Positions 12,361 through 24,538 of a stretch of DNA of 53,544 nt are shown here, piece after piece. This DNA comes from Octopus sinensis (lineage: Eukaryota): the NCBI RefSeq assembly GCF_006345805.1, contig NW_021834673.1, forward strand, positions 1-53,544. The letters are read 5' to 3'. The position numbers and the translations under genes are program-made. The first letter of the stretch is position 1; each line of letters begins with the position of its first letter. The notes under the pieces were generated by a model. That model worked only from the letters and a program-made list of their open reading frames with translations. It did not search any database and was not told the DNA's origin.

Positions 12361-13850
12361 TGTTTCTTTATTAGCCACACAGGGCTTCACACAGATAGAA
12401 CAAATTACAAGGTAGAGCTTTTCTTTTGGGGGTAAAAAAAAGGGGGTTGGGTTTCGATCAAAAGGGATCGTAAAAGGAAAGAAAGAGGACAAAAAAAGGG
12501 AGGATTTTTTAAAAAAGGGGGGAGAGGGAAAAAAATAAAAGTAAAGGGGAGAGGAAAAAAGTTGATCAATAGGGATCGTAATCACAGAAATGTCAATATG
12601 AAGTGTAAAGAAAAGCCTACGGAAAAGACCACGGTAACCTCGGTCAATGAAGTCACATGTTATTTTTCTTTCTTTTATTTTTTTTTTGCAAATAAGCAAC
12701 TCTCTCTATTAATTTTTACGGTTCGTAGAATCATAGTCAAGGTGGCTTCGTCATTCATACGTGCCATCCTTGCTACATTCACCCATCCTTTTTTAAAACA
12801 TTCGCTAGACAAAATTTGCCTCTCTACTCTCACTTTCCTCTTCATGTGATACTTGAAGAAGTTGATGAGAGATAGACCAGAGAGGAAAGTGTTTGTCTCC
12901 AATCCTTTCGGGCGCGTCCACCAGATACATTCTTTCGCCATAGCCACAAGTATGATAAAAATAGCTCTTCCTTCCCGTTTGAAGGAAGGAGGCGTGGCGA
13001 TATTAACGATAGACTCGGCTGATAAACCGACACGTCCCACACGTGACAGCAGTCGTTCGACATAAGCCCACAGGTCGGAATTGCTGGACACTGAACGATT
13101 GCGTGCAGAGCGGTTTCGTCGCTCTGCCCGCATCTCGGGCAGGTCGGCCCCGTGTTTCTCGAGCCATGCCTATAGAGCTTATCCCGAACGGGTAGCGCTT
13201 CTCGGTAGCACCGCCAGGCAGGGATCTCTAGAAGTTGTCCATAGGTCCCGGGCCGAAAGTTGTTTGAAACAGGCGGGTCAGGTATTCCTCGTCGACGCCC
13301 AGGTTTGCCACGAGATCGTCGTCGTACCTCCCCTCCACTAATCCCCTATAGAATTCTTTGGTTGTGTTGAAGTCTCAAGGTCGACCTGGGACGGCAGAGT
13401 TGCTTGAGAGCAACGCGACACTCGCGGTGCCATTCGCCCTACCTCGGCCTCTTTTTGATCCACGACTGTTGTTCGGTCATGGAGACGAGTGCGGGAATGC
13501 GTGCCTCACAAACGGCGACCACACCTGTTCACCGTCGTGAACATAGAGCCGGAGATGTCGCAGTCTCAGCGCGTGTTTGCGCATCATCAACCACGGCATG
13601 CCCAGCCCTTCTTTTAACGGGTGTTGGCAGCAAATGAATCGCCTGACCATCGGGACGCATCCTTTCCACAAGAAGCGGAAGAGGATGCGTTCTAGTTTGG
13701 TGATGGTAGGGTCGGGACAAGGTACGACGGTCAGGCGGTTAGATGATGGACGCGATGTAGGCGTTCGCCCATCCGCCCGACCTTTTAGGGACACTTTCCT
13801 CTCGGCCCATTGCTGGGCGAGAGTGACCACCCTACTCGTTATCTCGTTCC
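12361..13850 (-). mobile_element. 5'-truncated Tx1/L1-clade LINE (subfamily C) with complete 3' UTR, embedded in (GATA)n
   Basis: VTLAQQWAERKVSLKGRA...KLERILFRFLWKG..P..EGLGMP; 3' end ...gctaataaagaaaca runs directly into (TATC)n; 5' end also abuts (TATC)n. Confidence 0.9.
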
Positions 13851-13881
13851 AGATAGATAGATAGATATGTAGATATATAGG

Positions 13882-13941
<60 letters not shown>

Positions 13942-13980
13942 GATATAGATAGAAGATCGATTGATTGATCGATAGATAGA
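13851..13980. repeat. (AGAT)n microsatellite
   Basis: Direct reading; also at ~23319-23490 and 52989-53092. Confidence 0.95.
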
Positions 13981-14293
13981 TCATTTTCTATTGTTGCATC
14001 CTTTAAAATTTCAGGAACACAAACCATAGAGCTTCAATTCCCGTTCGCTGTCTTCGATGAGAGCCGTCAATTCTAATTTATGGCGTAGAATTTAAACCAT
14101 AGCTGTAAACAATTCCTTACGTTTGTCATCCATGGGCTGCGCCTATGCTGGGGCACTGCCTTAAAGTGTTTTAGTCGCACAAATCGACCCCAGTATTTGT
14201 TGTTAAGCCTGCTGCGTATTCTCGCGATCCCTTCCGCTGATTTGCCTACAGTTACGCAACTTATACATTTGATTTTTTTTTATTACTTACCAG

Positions 14294-14443
14294 AAAAAAG
14301 AAAAACATGAATGCAATTATCGTCAGCGGCAGGCAATTCTGCATCAGACGTAAATGCTTTGAAAATGATGTGGTAAAAATGTGAAAAGTTTCAAGTGGTT
14401 GTAAGGAATTTAACAAGATACCGATCGGCCAAATTACTGGGAC
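14294..14443 (+). pseudogene. Possible decayed N-terminal cysteine-cap exon of the LGR-like receptor
   Basis: T-rich acceptor ttattacttaccag, phase-2 donor gac|gtaaaa; FCIRRKCFENDVVKM*KVSSGCKEFNKIP..IT, comparable to C..PC.C.....TCKDIQRIP. Confidence 0.4.
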
Positions 14444-14548
14444 GTAAAAACCGGGACCTGTTCCCAAGCGGTCATTGTGGATAAACTGAAACACATACAC
14501 ATATACATACACACTCTCACATATACTAGATACATATACATATATGTA

Positions 14549-14610
<62 letters not shown>

Positions 14611-14783
14611 GTGTGTGTGTCTGTGTGTGAATATATAACAAAGTAAGTTTGGGGCTACTAATAAATATATATAATTGAAATATAGGATAAAATTTTTACG
14701 AGGATTTATCAAGTAGTTATTGTGAAAAACCTCAGAAGGGATAACTTATTAATTATTCCCTATGAATATATTATATATATTAA

Positions 14784-15115
14784 GGGCATTACTTATACAT
14801 AAATGTCTCACGCTAGGAGGGTCACTTGAAGTCAAAACTACTATAATGCCCACATTGTACAAAACGCGAGGGAATGCAACTCTCAAAACGAGCCTCCAGA
14901 AACAGACGTAGCTGAACATCATATGATTCCGTAATTAGTGCACAAAATGCACTTTTCACTCATCAGCGCAGCCTTTGTCAAGACATAAAATTTAACAAAA
15001 TCAACGTACCAGACGAACACTTGTATCCTGGCGTTTGATACAATGTGGTTATTATGGTAGTGTTGACTCAAGAAGAATCTCTCTTAGCGCGAGGCATTTC
15101 TATATAGTAATGCCC
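14784..15115. mobile_element. MITE with long imperfect TIRs and TTAA flanks (Kolobok-like termini)
   Basis: ttaa|gggcattact...agtaatgccc|ttaa; inverted similarity extends ~100 bp (ccacattgtacaaaacgcgagg vs cctggcgtttgatacaatgtgg). Confidence 0.75.
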
Positions 15116-16079
15116 TTAATATAAATAAATACATGTATATATATATATAATATATATATAATATATATTATTATTATATAATATATATTATATAGACGTG
15201 CGTATGTAATGTGTTATATGTATAATATACATATTCATATATATATTTTATTTTCTACTTTAGATGCAGGTGTTCACTGTATATAGAAACACTTAGAATG
15301 CTGAAGAGATTAGAACTTGAGACTTTAGATACGTAAAGAAACGACAAGCAAGCTAGATATTTATCTACATTTACATAGGAAGATACATTGAATGGAAATC
15401 AAAAAGGTAAAGTGTGTGGATATAAGAAGACATAGTCCAATTTTCAGATAAAACAGTATCACAAATAGTATAGGTAGAGTTTTAAATGTTCTACGGCCGT
15501 TTCAGGGATCTTTGTGGTCCTGATATACGACAGATATCAGGGTCCATTGTTGGATAACATCACCTCTCCGGGGGAAGAAGTTTATATTAAAAATTTTGCA
15601 TTTAATATGGTCATGATATAGGTTTAAGACTGATTGATTTATAGAGGGCTACATTAATAGGAAGGGGAGTTAGGGATGTTTAGACAGAGAATAGTTGCAG
15701 GATGGAGAAAAAAATTTCAAGATCATAAGACCACTGATGGTATTAAAGGTGAGAGTGGTAGAAAGTGGATTAGTTATGTCAAGTTAAATTAGTGAAAAAA
15801 GGATGGACTTAGCGGTTCGATATCACATAAGGGTTTGAGAGGGAGGTTATAACTTCTATTCTAGGCTTTCCATCCGACTCATTTGTCTCAGAAAATCCGA
15901 TTTGGGTCGAGTTAGTTAATGCATTATTGACCGTATTATACACCGTGTCAGGAATAACGTTGAGCTCCCGCTATGGAATTGCACTTGAGATGTTAATTTT
16001 GGTTTCCCTCTTTCCACCATAGACGCACGAATTTCCTTCAGTTTGACATGTCAAATTATTGCAATATTTACAATGGACA

Positions 16080-16290
16080 AGGCGCCGAGTAGGCAGAAAC
16101 GTTTGCACGCAGGGCAAAATGCTTAGCGTTCTGTTTTTACGTTATGAGTTCAAAATTCCGCCGATTTCGACTTTACCTTTCATCCTTTCGGGTTTGAAAC
16201 ATTAATTACCCGTTGCATAGTGGGGTCGATCTAATCAACTGGGCCCTACCCCAAAATTTTGGGCTTTGTGACTAGAGTAGAAAAGAATAT
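16080..16290 (+). mobile_element. Older diverged SINE copy
   Basis: Retains gagttcaaaattcc and cctttcatcctttcggg blocks of the 236 bp SINE. Confidence 0.65.
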
Positions 16291-16330
16291 TTACAATCGA
16301 CGGACAGGTGTCCTCATCTTGTTAGTTGTT

Positions 16331-16376
16331 ACTACAACGTTTCGGCTGAGGTATTCTCCAGCCTTCTTCAGATGTC
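16331..16376 (-). ncRNA. Degenerate minimal hammerhead ribozyme motif (Penelope-type)
   Basis: Minus strand: acat CTGAAGA a GGCTG gagaatacct CAGCC GAAA CGTT gtag. Core and stem II are present with the ACGT palindrome; stem I is imperfect. Confidence 0.5.
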
Positions 16377-16537
16377 CTCTTAACAATAAAGTGTAGACAT
16401 CTACCCGTCCAATTCAAATTCCTCAACTCTAAACTATGATACAGTATCAAATGATTACCCGTAAATATCACAAATACTTTTGGATAAAACCTTAATGTTT
16501 GCCCGAATTTATGCTACCATATTATCATTATTACTTA

Positions 16538-17905
16538 CCAATAGGGCCGGCATATCGGAGAAGATACAGTAGACAAGGCGGTGAGAGCTGGCAGAATCTT
16601 CAGTACGTCGGGCGAAATGCTAAGCGGTATTTCTTCTGCCGTTATCTTCTGAGTTCAAATTCCCCCGAGGTAGACTTTGCCGTTCATCCTTTCGGGGTCG
16701 ATTAAAGAAGGACCAGTTACGCACTGTGATCGATATAATCGACTTAATCCGTTTGTCTGTCCTTGTTTGTCTTTTCTGTGTTTAGCCCCTTGTGGGTAGT
16801 AACGAAACAGGATACAGTAGACATGGACAGTGGGGATTTCACGCAGAGACAACGAGTACACAGTTAAAATATTGACAATGACATCCGACAAAAGAATATA
16901 ACAATGTAAGTTCGTAATAGGTGCAGGTAATCCCCTGGAGTTGGCTCAGGTACCCCCAACCCAATCCTGAACCACTCGACGCTTCGAGAGCATCTGGGAA
17001 GAACACTCTCCTTTCTTTCAAATTCACTAGCTCAAAGGCGTGTTATTAGAGTAAGTCCACTCACACGTACCATTTTCGCTATTCATCCACCTTTTGGCAA
17101 ATGTACTGGGAGGCAGCACTTCACTCTGCACCCTCATCTTCATTTCCAAAGAAAATTTGAGAAAGTTGACGAGTGATTGGCCGTAGAGAAAAGTCTCTGC
17201 CTTTAGTCCTTTTAACCTGGTCCACAACACAGCCTCTTTCGCTACTGCTATTAGACATAAGTAAATTGCCTGACCTTCCGGACTGATTGAAAGTGGATGA
17301 CCGATCTTCACTACGGACTCGGCCGATAGATAGAACCACCCTACACGTGATAACAGCTGTTCAACATAACTCCACATGTCAGTAATGCAAGGACACTGGA
17401 GGAGTGCGTGCAGAATGATTTCATAGCTCTGCGCACATGTCGGGTAGGTCGGTCAGACAGAACTTCCGCGCTTGTAGAGTTTATCTCGAACCGTCAGTGC
17501 CCCCCGACAGCACTGCATAACAAGGGACTTCTAGAAGTTATCCATCGTCCCCGTCTTGAAAGTCCTCCTCAACAGACTGGTTAGTTCAATTTTGTCAACG
17601 CCTAGCGTCTCTCCAAGTGCTTCATCGCACTTTCCCTCCACTAACCCTCCATAGAATTTCAGAGTGGATTTTCTACTGATCGCACTGCCCACCTGGTAGA
17701 GGACAGTGAGTGCCTAGCAACATTCCAGATGCCAGTAACCCATCCTCGGTCTCTTCTTGACCCACGACTTCAGCTTACTCAAGGAGATGAGTTGTGGAAA
17801 AGCCTGTTTGACAAACGATGACCACACCTGTTCACCGTTTACGCAGAATATTTGGAGATGCCGCAGCCCCAGTGCATGTCTTCCACAGCATGCCCAGTGT
17901 TCCGG
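16538..17905 (-). mobile_element. Tx1-B 3' portion (copy 2) containing SINE at 16574-16810
   Basis: ORF track 17027-17377; TSD GATACAGTAGA at 16563-16573 and 16811-16821. Confidence 0.85.
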
Positions 17906-18047
17906 AAATCGGAAAGCGAAAGCACAAAAACGAAAATGGGAAAAGGTTAAAGTAAAAACAGCATTTAAGAGTTCTCCTTGTTAGACATTGAATTATAAGG
18001 CTAATAAAATATCAAAAATCTAATCAAGAATAGACGGAATTTTTCAG

Positions 18048-20534
18048 TTCTTCAAAATATATTTATACTTGACAACGACTGAAAATTCCAGACCTAGAGT
18101 CCAATAGAGGATTAAGCATCTTAGATCTGAACAGGATATGCACTCTTTCAGCTAAACAATGTTTATATTTATTCGATCCATTCACATAAGTTATGGATTC
18201 TCAATTACTTCCCATCCAGTCACATGTAGTGTTTCGTTTTCTTCCAAACTTAGCCACTTTCGTAGCTTTACTTTTGGCCTATGTCGGAAGGGGATTATGT
18301 GATTGGCATAACGACTTTGAAATTCACCTTAAATAAGCAAAAGATTAAAAGAATAAAAGATTGTGTGTGTGTGTGTGTGTGTGTACATGCATACAAAAAT
18401 ACACCCACATACGCACGGATATGTACATAAGCGCGCACACACACACAAATAGGCGTATGGATTATTGTTTCGGTAAGTTGTGTCCACGAGAAAGACACTT
18501 CCAGTGCTCTCATCTGAAAAGCACCAGCATTAACCAGGGGTTAACATTGCGACAGACTGGTATCCGGTGTGTTGTATCCTTGTGTGTTGAAATACGTTCG
18601 ATACCGAGATATACTGGGGGCCTAATGAGCCTGTAGATCAGGCAGAGAATTTAGCTTAAAAACTTTATATGTAGACATTCAGGCATGCGCAGTCAAGTGT
18701 TTGTGTAACGTTTATGGAGTGAAAGTCGATATGAATATGACAAAAAAAGAAATACCGTATTTTCCGGTGTATAATCCGCTATATTTTACCTGGGAAATTT
18801 AGTGTGCCGCTTAGAGAAAGGTGCGCCTAATGTGTGTAACTTTTTTTATAGTTCCAGGAGGAAAATAATTTGTGTATGGAGATCGAATGATTCCACTGAA
18901 AGGTCGGTCGATGAAAGACTATTGCTACAGGACATTTGTGCCTGGAAGAAAACAAAGCACATTTGTTTTGTTTTAAATTCATGTTTTGATAATGTTTTTT
19001 TTTATCCAATAAAGAATTTAATATTGACGGAAGGTGTTTGTTGCTGATTATAGTAAGATAAAATAAAAAAAATCAACAATACATCTCAAAGTTGAAGAAT
19101 AAAACATTTTGAAAATACATACACATCAACAACAACAAAGCTAGCAGCGGTCACGTGGCTCCATAAGTCTTTATAAAACACCGGTAGGCTTTATGTGTGG
19201 ATAAAAACCAAAATTTTCCCCAAAATCCCAAGCTAAATTTCACAATACAATAATACAAACATTAATAAGCCACCTCAATTGTATAATACTAATCTTAAGC
19301 CAACATTCTACAACCCTGTCTACGAGACAACAAATATTAGTTCCATTACAACCTCTCAATCCGATACTAATATAAATCCTAATTTAGATTCTCCCCACTA
19401 ACAACAAACCAACCAACATCAACATTACTACTAGTAAACCCCAACCACTTGCAACTGTCGCGCTTCTGAAATATATGGTATGCAGACACCTGTCTCCTCA
19501 AAAGCGTAATCTATAAGTGCCACGTGATGACCACATGCACTTACCAGGCAAGGGTGTATATTAATGGCACTGAGGATTTTCAATGTCGTTGTCGTGCTCA
19601 TATGTATTCCTTCACTAATCCCAAATCTAAACTATTTCAATCTTTAGCGACACACATATACAACCTCAATTCACATCAATGTCCAATACGCTCTATCGTG
19701 TTCCAGAGTATGTGAAGCTCTCCTATACAACACAAATATAGGTAAATGTATGTTATGTATAAAAGGGTGATTAACTATTCTTCGCCTCCACAACTCCTCA
19801 CTGTTAAATTCTCTGACGTTATTTTTTATCGTAAGCATAAATACTACCCGTTCCCGACATTCATGCACTTCCCTAATTCCAATAAATAAAGCTGTAAGGT
19901 AAACATGTCAACCTGACAATCGACAAGTGAACACATTCCAAATAGCAAATATGTGTGTGTGTGTCTATGTATATATATATGTATGTATATATATATATAT
20001 ATATTACAGATATATATATATATATATATATGAGCATATGCAATACATATGATATAACCAAAATTGCATTTACAAATACATAATATATACATACAAGCTC
20101 TTACATACATACATGCAAACACACACACACATATACGCACAATATATATACATATAAACTCCTACATTAGTACACAGTATTAAAAACATTAAGTAGTCAG
20201 CATATATATATAGATACCTACAGAAATATAAATATATATAACACGCATCCCAAATTTATTCCAAGTATTATGATCAATCGATCTTTCATCCTCCTCTCAG
20301 CCTCCTAAATCTCTCCACACACATCACAAATTTCTTCTTCAATTTTTTGCTTTTCAACCGTCTCTACTCTCATTTGACCCTTCTCGGCTTCAAACAATAA
20401 TTAACAAAAGTCAAATACTAAGAAAAATACCGACCCGATTTTTTTTTCTACTAACATTCTTAACCACTCCCTCGAACCTGAAATGTGTTCTTAAAAAAGA
20501 CCCCACTTGTAATTTGAGATGGAATTGCTGTTTC
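18048..20534 (+). pseudogene. LGR-like LRR/hinge exon remnants, copy 2 (about 18048-18261, 18852-18965, 20301-20534)
   Basis: Same motifs as copy 1, with further indels. Confidence 0.55.
19180..19890 (+). mobile_element. Penelope-like GIY-YIG remnant (copy 2)
   Basis: CLLKSVIYKCHV...VYINGTEDF; includes ORF 19524-19715. Confidence 0.75.
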
Positions 20535-21605
20535 ATTATTGTACCAGCTAGAAGGGGATACTCCTTCAACATTCAGATGAATTACTTATTTATTCACATC
20601 GTTTAAAATTAAACATACGTTATCTTCTAGCTTTGAGATTTTGATTATGTGATTGCTTACTTTTAGAATAACTTTGCATGGTGGTTGTGAAAAGGCTGAT
20701 CTGTTCAGTTTCAACAGAAAACAGGAAGAATATTTGGGCCCGACGTGGCCAGTGCCAATGCTAATGGGTTAACTGAAAATTACTGAAGTAAAAATAAAAG
20801 CATAAAAAAACATTTTAGGTAATTTGGGGACCCAAATTTATGAAGTCTTAAGAGTGGAGAACCTTTTTATCCCATCCTTAATGCCGTTGAGGAGACTAGA
20901 AAATGGCCAATAGAAGGCCGATATAATATAAGGAAAATCGTAACTTACCAATAAAGTGCTGTTAGTCTCTGTTCGTAAGAGGTAGTGAATGTTTATATAT
21001 ATCTATATATATATATATATGTGCGCATATATATATATTGCGTCATTTGTTTATACTGGTGGTACAGTTTTCAACCAGCAGGATGTAACCTGATGCTAAT
21101 GCTTATGATATACATGCAGCAGAAGGCGTGTCGTTCAACAGTTTAAAATAACTAAATTGCATTGTATATAAGATATGCTAAAAAGTAAGTTACTTCATGT
21201 GTAACATTTAATTCTTATTAATGTCTTTTACACAGGATAAAACCCGAAAGAGTGAACTCGGAATTTTGGAACTAAGTGAAAGACAATGATTGTTTACCAT
21301 AAAGATTTTCCCGTTTTGCCGGACCATTCGATGTGGTTTACCAGAGCCTGGATTGTAGTACATGCTTGTAAGTTGCGTCCCATGATTTGATTTTCCTCTC
21401 CCTTTATATATGTATATGTGTGTGTGAAAGTGTGTGTCTGCGTGTGTTTTGTGTGTGAAAATAAGTAAATGTAAATGAATGTATATATGTGTGTATATAT
21501 ATATGTATATCGATATATGGAGTGACGTAATAGATAGAGAGATAGAAAGATAAAAATACAGACAATGATTGATAGAGAGATAGCTAGACAGGCACATGAT
21601 AGTTT

Positions 21606-21639
<34 letters not shown>

Positions 21640-21648
21640 AAGAAATAT

Positions 21649-21693
<45 letters not shown>

Positions 21694-21792
21694 GATATAT
21701 AGACATAGATAGATAGATAGATTGAATGATAGATAGATAGATAAATAGATACATAGATAGATAGATCGATGGATAGATAGAGATAGATGGAC

Positions 21793-21831
<39 letters not shown>

Positions 21832-23318
21832 TGTTTCTATATTAGCCACTCAGGGCTGCACACAGATAGAACAAATTACAAGGTAGAGCTTTTCTTTTGG
21901 GGTAAAAAAAGGGGGTTGGGTTTCGATCAAATGGATCGTAAAAGGAAGAAAGAGGACAGAAAAAGGGGAAGATTTTTTTTAAAAAAGGGGGAGAGGGAAA
22001 AAATAAAAGGAAAGGGGAGAGGAAAAAAAGTTGATCAATAGGGATCGTAATCACAGAAATGTCAATATGAGTGTAAAGAAGCCTACGGAAAAGACCACGG
22101 TAACCTCGGTCAATGAAGTCACATGTTATATTTCTTTCTCTTATTTTTTTTGCAAATAAGCAACTCTCTGTATTAATTTTTACGGTTCATAGAATCATAG
22201 TCAAGGTGGCTTCGTCATTCATACGTGCCATCCTTGCTACATTCACCCATCTTTTTTAAAACATTCGCTAGACAAAATTTGCCTCTCTACTCTCACTTTC
22301 CTCTCATGTGATACTTGAAGAAGTTGATGAGAGATTGACCGAGAGGAAAGTGTTTGTCTCCAAACCTTTCGGGCGCGTCCACCAGATACATTCTTTCGCC
22401 ATAGCCACAAGTATGATAAAAATAGCTCTTCCTTCCCGTTTGAAGGAAGGAGGCGTGACGATATAACGATAGACTCGGCTGATAAACCGACACGTCCCAC
22501 ACGTGACAGCAGTCGTTCGACATAAGCCCACAGGTCGGAAATTGCTGGACACTGCACGATTGCGTGCAGAGCGGTTTCGTCGCTCTGCCCGCATCTCGGG
22601 CAGGTCGGCCCCGTTTTCTCGAGCCATGCCTATAGAGCTTATCCCGAACGGGTAGCGCTTCTCGGTAGCACCGCCAGGCCAGGATCTCTAGAAGTTGTCC
22701 ATAGGTCCCGGGCCGAAAGTCGTTTGAAACAGGCGTGTCAGGTATTCCTCGTCGACGCCCAGGTTTGCCACGAGATCGTCGTCGTACCTCCCCTCCACTA
22801 ATCCCCTATAGAATTCTTTGGTTGTGTTGAAGTCACTCAAGGTCGACCTGGGACGGCAGAGTTGCTTGAGAGCAACGCGACACTCGCGGTGCCATTCGCC
22901 CTTCCTCGGCCTCTTTTTGCCCCACGACGTTGTTCGGTCATGGAGACGAGTTGCGCGGGAATGCGTTCCTCACAAACGGTGACCACACCTGTTCAACCGT
23001 CGTCTACATAGAGCCGGAGATGTCGCAGTCTCAGCGCGTGTTTGCGCATCATCAACCACGGCATGCCCAGCCCTTCTTTAACGGGTGTTGGCAGCAAATG
23101 GATCGCGTGACCATCGGGACGCATCCTTTCCACAAGAAGCGGAAGAGGATGCGTTCTAGTTTGTGATGGTAGGGTCGGGACAAGGTACGACGGTCAGGGG
23201 GTAGTAGATGATGGAGGACGCGATTTAGGCGTTCGCCACCTCCGCCCGACCTTTTAGGGACACTTTCCTCTCGGCCATTGCTGGGCGAGAGTGACCACCC
23301 TACTCGTTATCTCGTTCC
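21832..23318 (-). mobile_element. Tx1-C in (GATA)n (copy 2, indel-rich)
   Basis: Same ends as 12361-13850. Confidence 0.9.
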
Positions 23319-23367
23319 AGATAGATAGATAGATATGTAGATATATAGGTAGATAGATAGATAGATC

Positions 23368-23413
<46 letters not shown>

Positions 23414-23414
23414 G

Positions 23415-23447
<33 letters not shown>

Positions 23448-23808
23448 GATAGATAGATAGAGATCGATTGATTGATCGATAGATAGATCATTTTCTATTG
23501 TTATGATCCTTTAAAATTTCAGGAACACAAACCATAGAAGCTTCAATCCCGTTCGCTGTCTTCGATGAGATCCGACAATTCTAATTTATGGCGTAGAATT
23601 TAAAACCATAGCTGTAAACAATTCCTTACGTTTGTCATCCATTGGGCTGCGCCTATGCTGGGGCACTGCCTTAAAGTGTTTTAGTCGCACAAAAATCAAC
23701 CCCAGTATTTGTTGTTAAGCCTGCTGCGTATTCTCGCGATCCCTTCGCTGATTTGCCTACAGTTACGCAACTTTATACTTTTTGATTTTTTTATTATACT
23801 ACTTACCA

Positions 23809-23955
23809 GAAAAAGAAAACATGAAGGCAATTATCGTCAGCGGCAGGCAATTCTGAATCAGACGTAAATGCTTTGAAAATGACGTGGTAAAATGTGAAAA
23901 GTTCAAGTGGTTGTAAGGAATTTAACAAGATACCGATCGGCCAAATTACTGGGAC
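23809..23955 (+). pseudogene. Possible cysteine-cap exon remnant (copy 2)
   Basis: Homologous to 14294-14443, with indels. Confidence 0.35.
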
Positions 23956-24265
23956 GTAAAAAACCGGACCTGTTCCCAAGCGGTCATAGTGGATAACTGA
24001 AACACATACACATATACATACACACGCTCACATATACATAGATATATACATATATGTAAAATATTTATATATATATATATATATACATAAGTGTGTGTGT
24101 GTGGTGTGTGTATATATAACAACGTAAGTTTGGTGCTACTAATAAATATATATAATTGAAATATAGGATAAAATTTTTACGAGGATTTATCAAGTAGTTA
24201 TTGTGAAAAACCTCAGAAGGGATAACTTATTAATTATTCCCTATGAATATATTTATATATATTAA

Positions 24266-24538
24266 GGACATTACTTATACATAAATGCCTCACGCTAGGA
24301 GGGTCTCTTGAAGTCAAAACTACTATAATGCCCACATTGTACAAAACGCGAGGGAATGCAACTCTCAAAGCGAGCCTCCAGAAACAGACGTAGCTGAACA
24401 TCATACGATTCCGTAATTAGTGCATAAAATGCACTTTTCACTCATCAGCGCAGCCTTTGTCAAGACATAAAAATTAACAAAAATCAACGTTCCAGACGAA
24501 CACTTGTATCCTTGCGTTTGATACAATGTGGTTATTAT
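24266..24538. mobile_element. MITE copy broken within its right TIR
   Basis: Matches 14784 onward; ends at a junction into Tx1-A. Confidence 0.75.

Noticed and set aside
14291-14485. Reading the antisense exon as a GPCR TM1-TM2
   Set aside because: No GN or LAxxD motifs and the spacing is wrong; kept only as an unidentified open exon.
15264-15406. Splice-site-bounded segment reading LYIETLRMLKRLELETL
   Set aside because: It could be an LRR exon or the end of a CR1/L2-like LINE; cannot be decided by eye and has stops in all frames.
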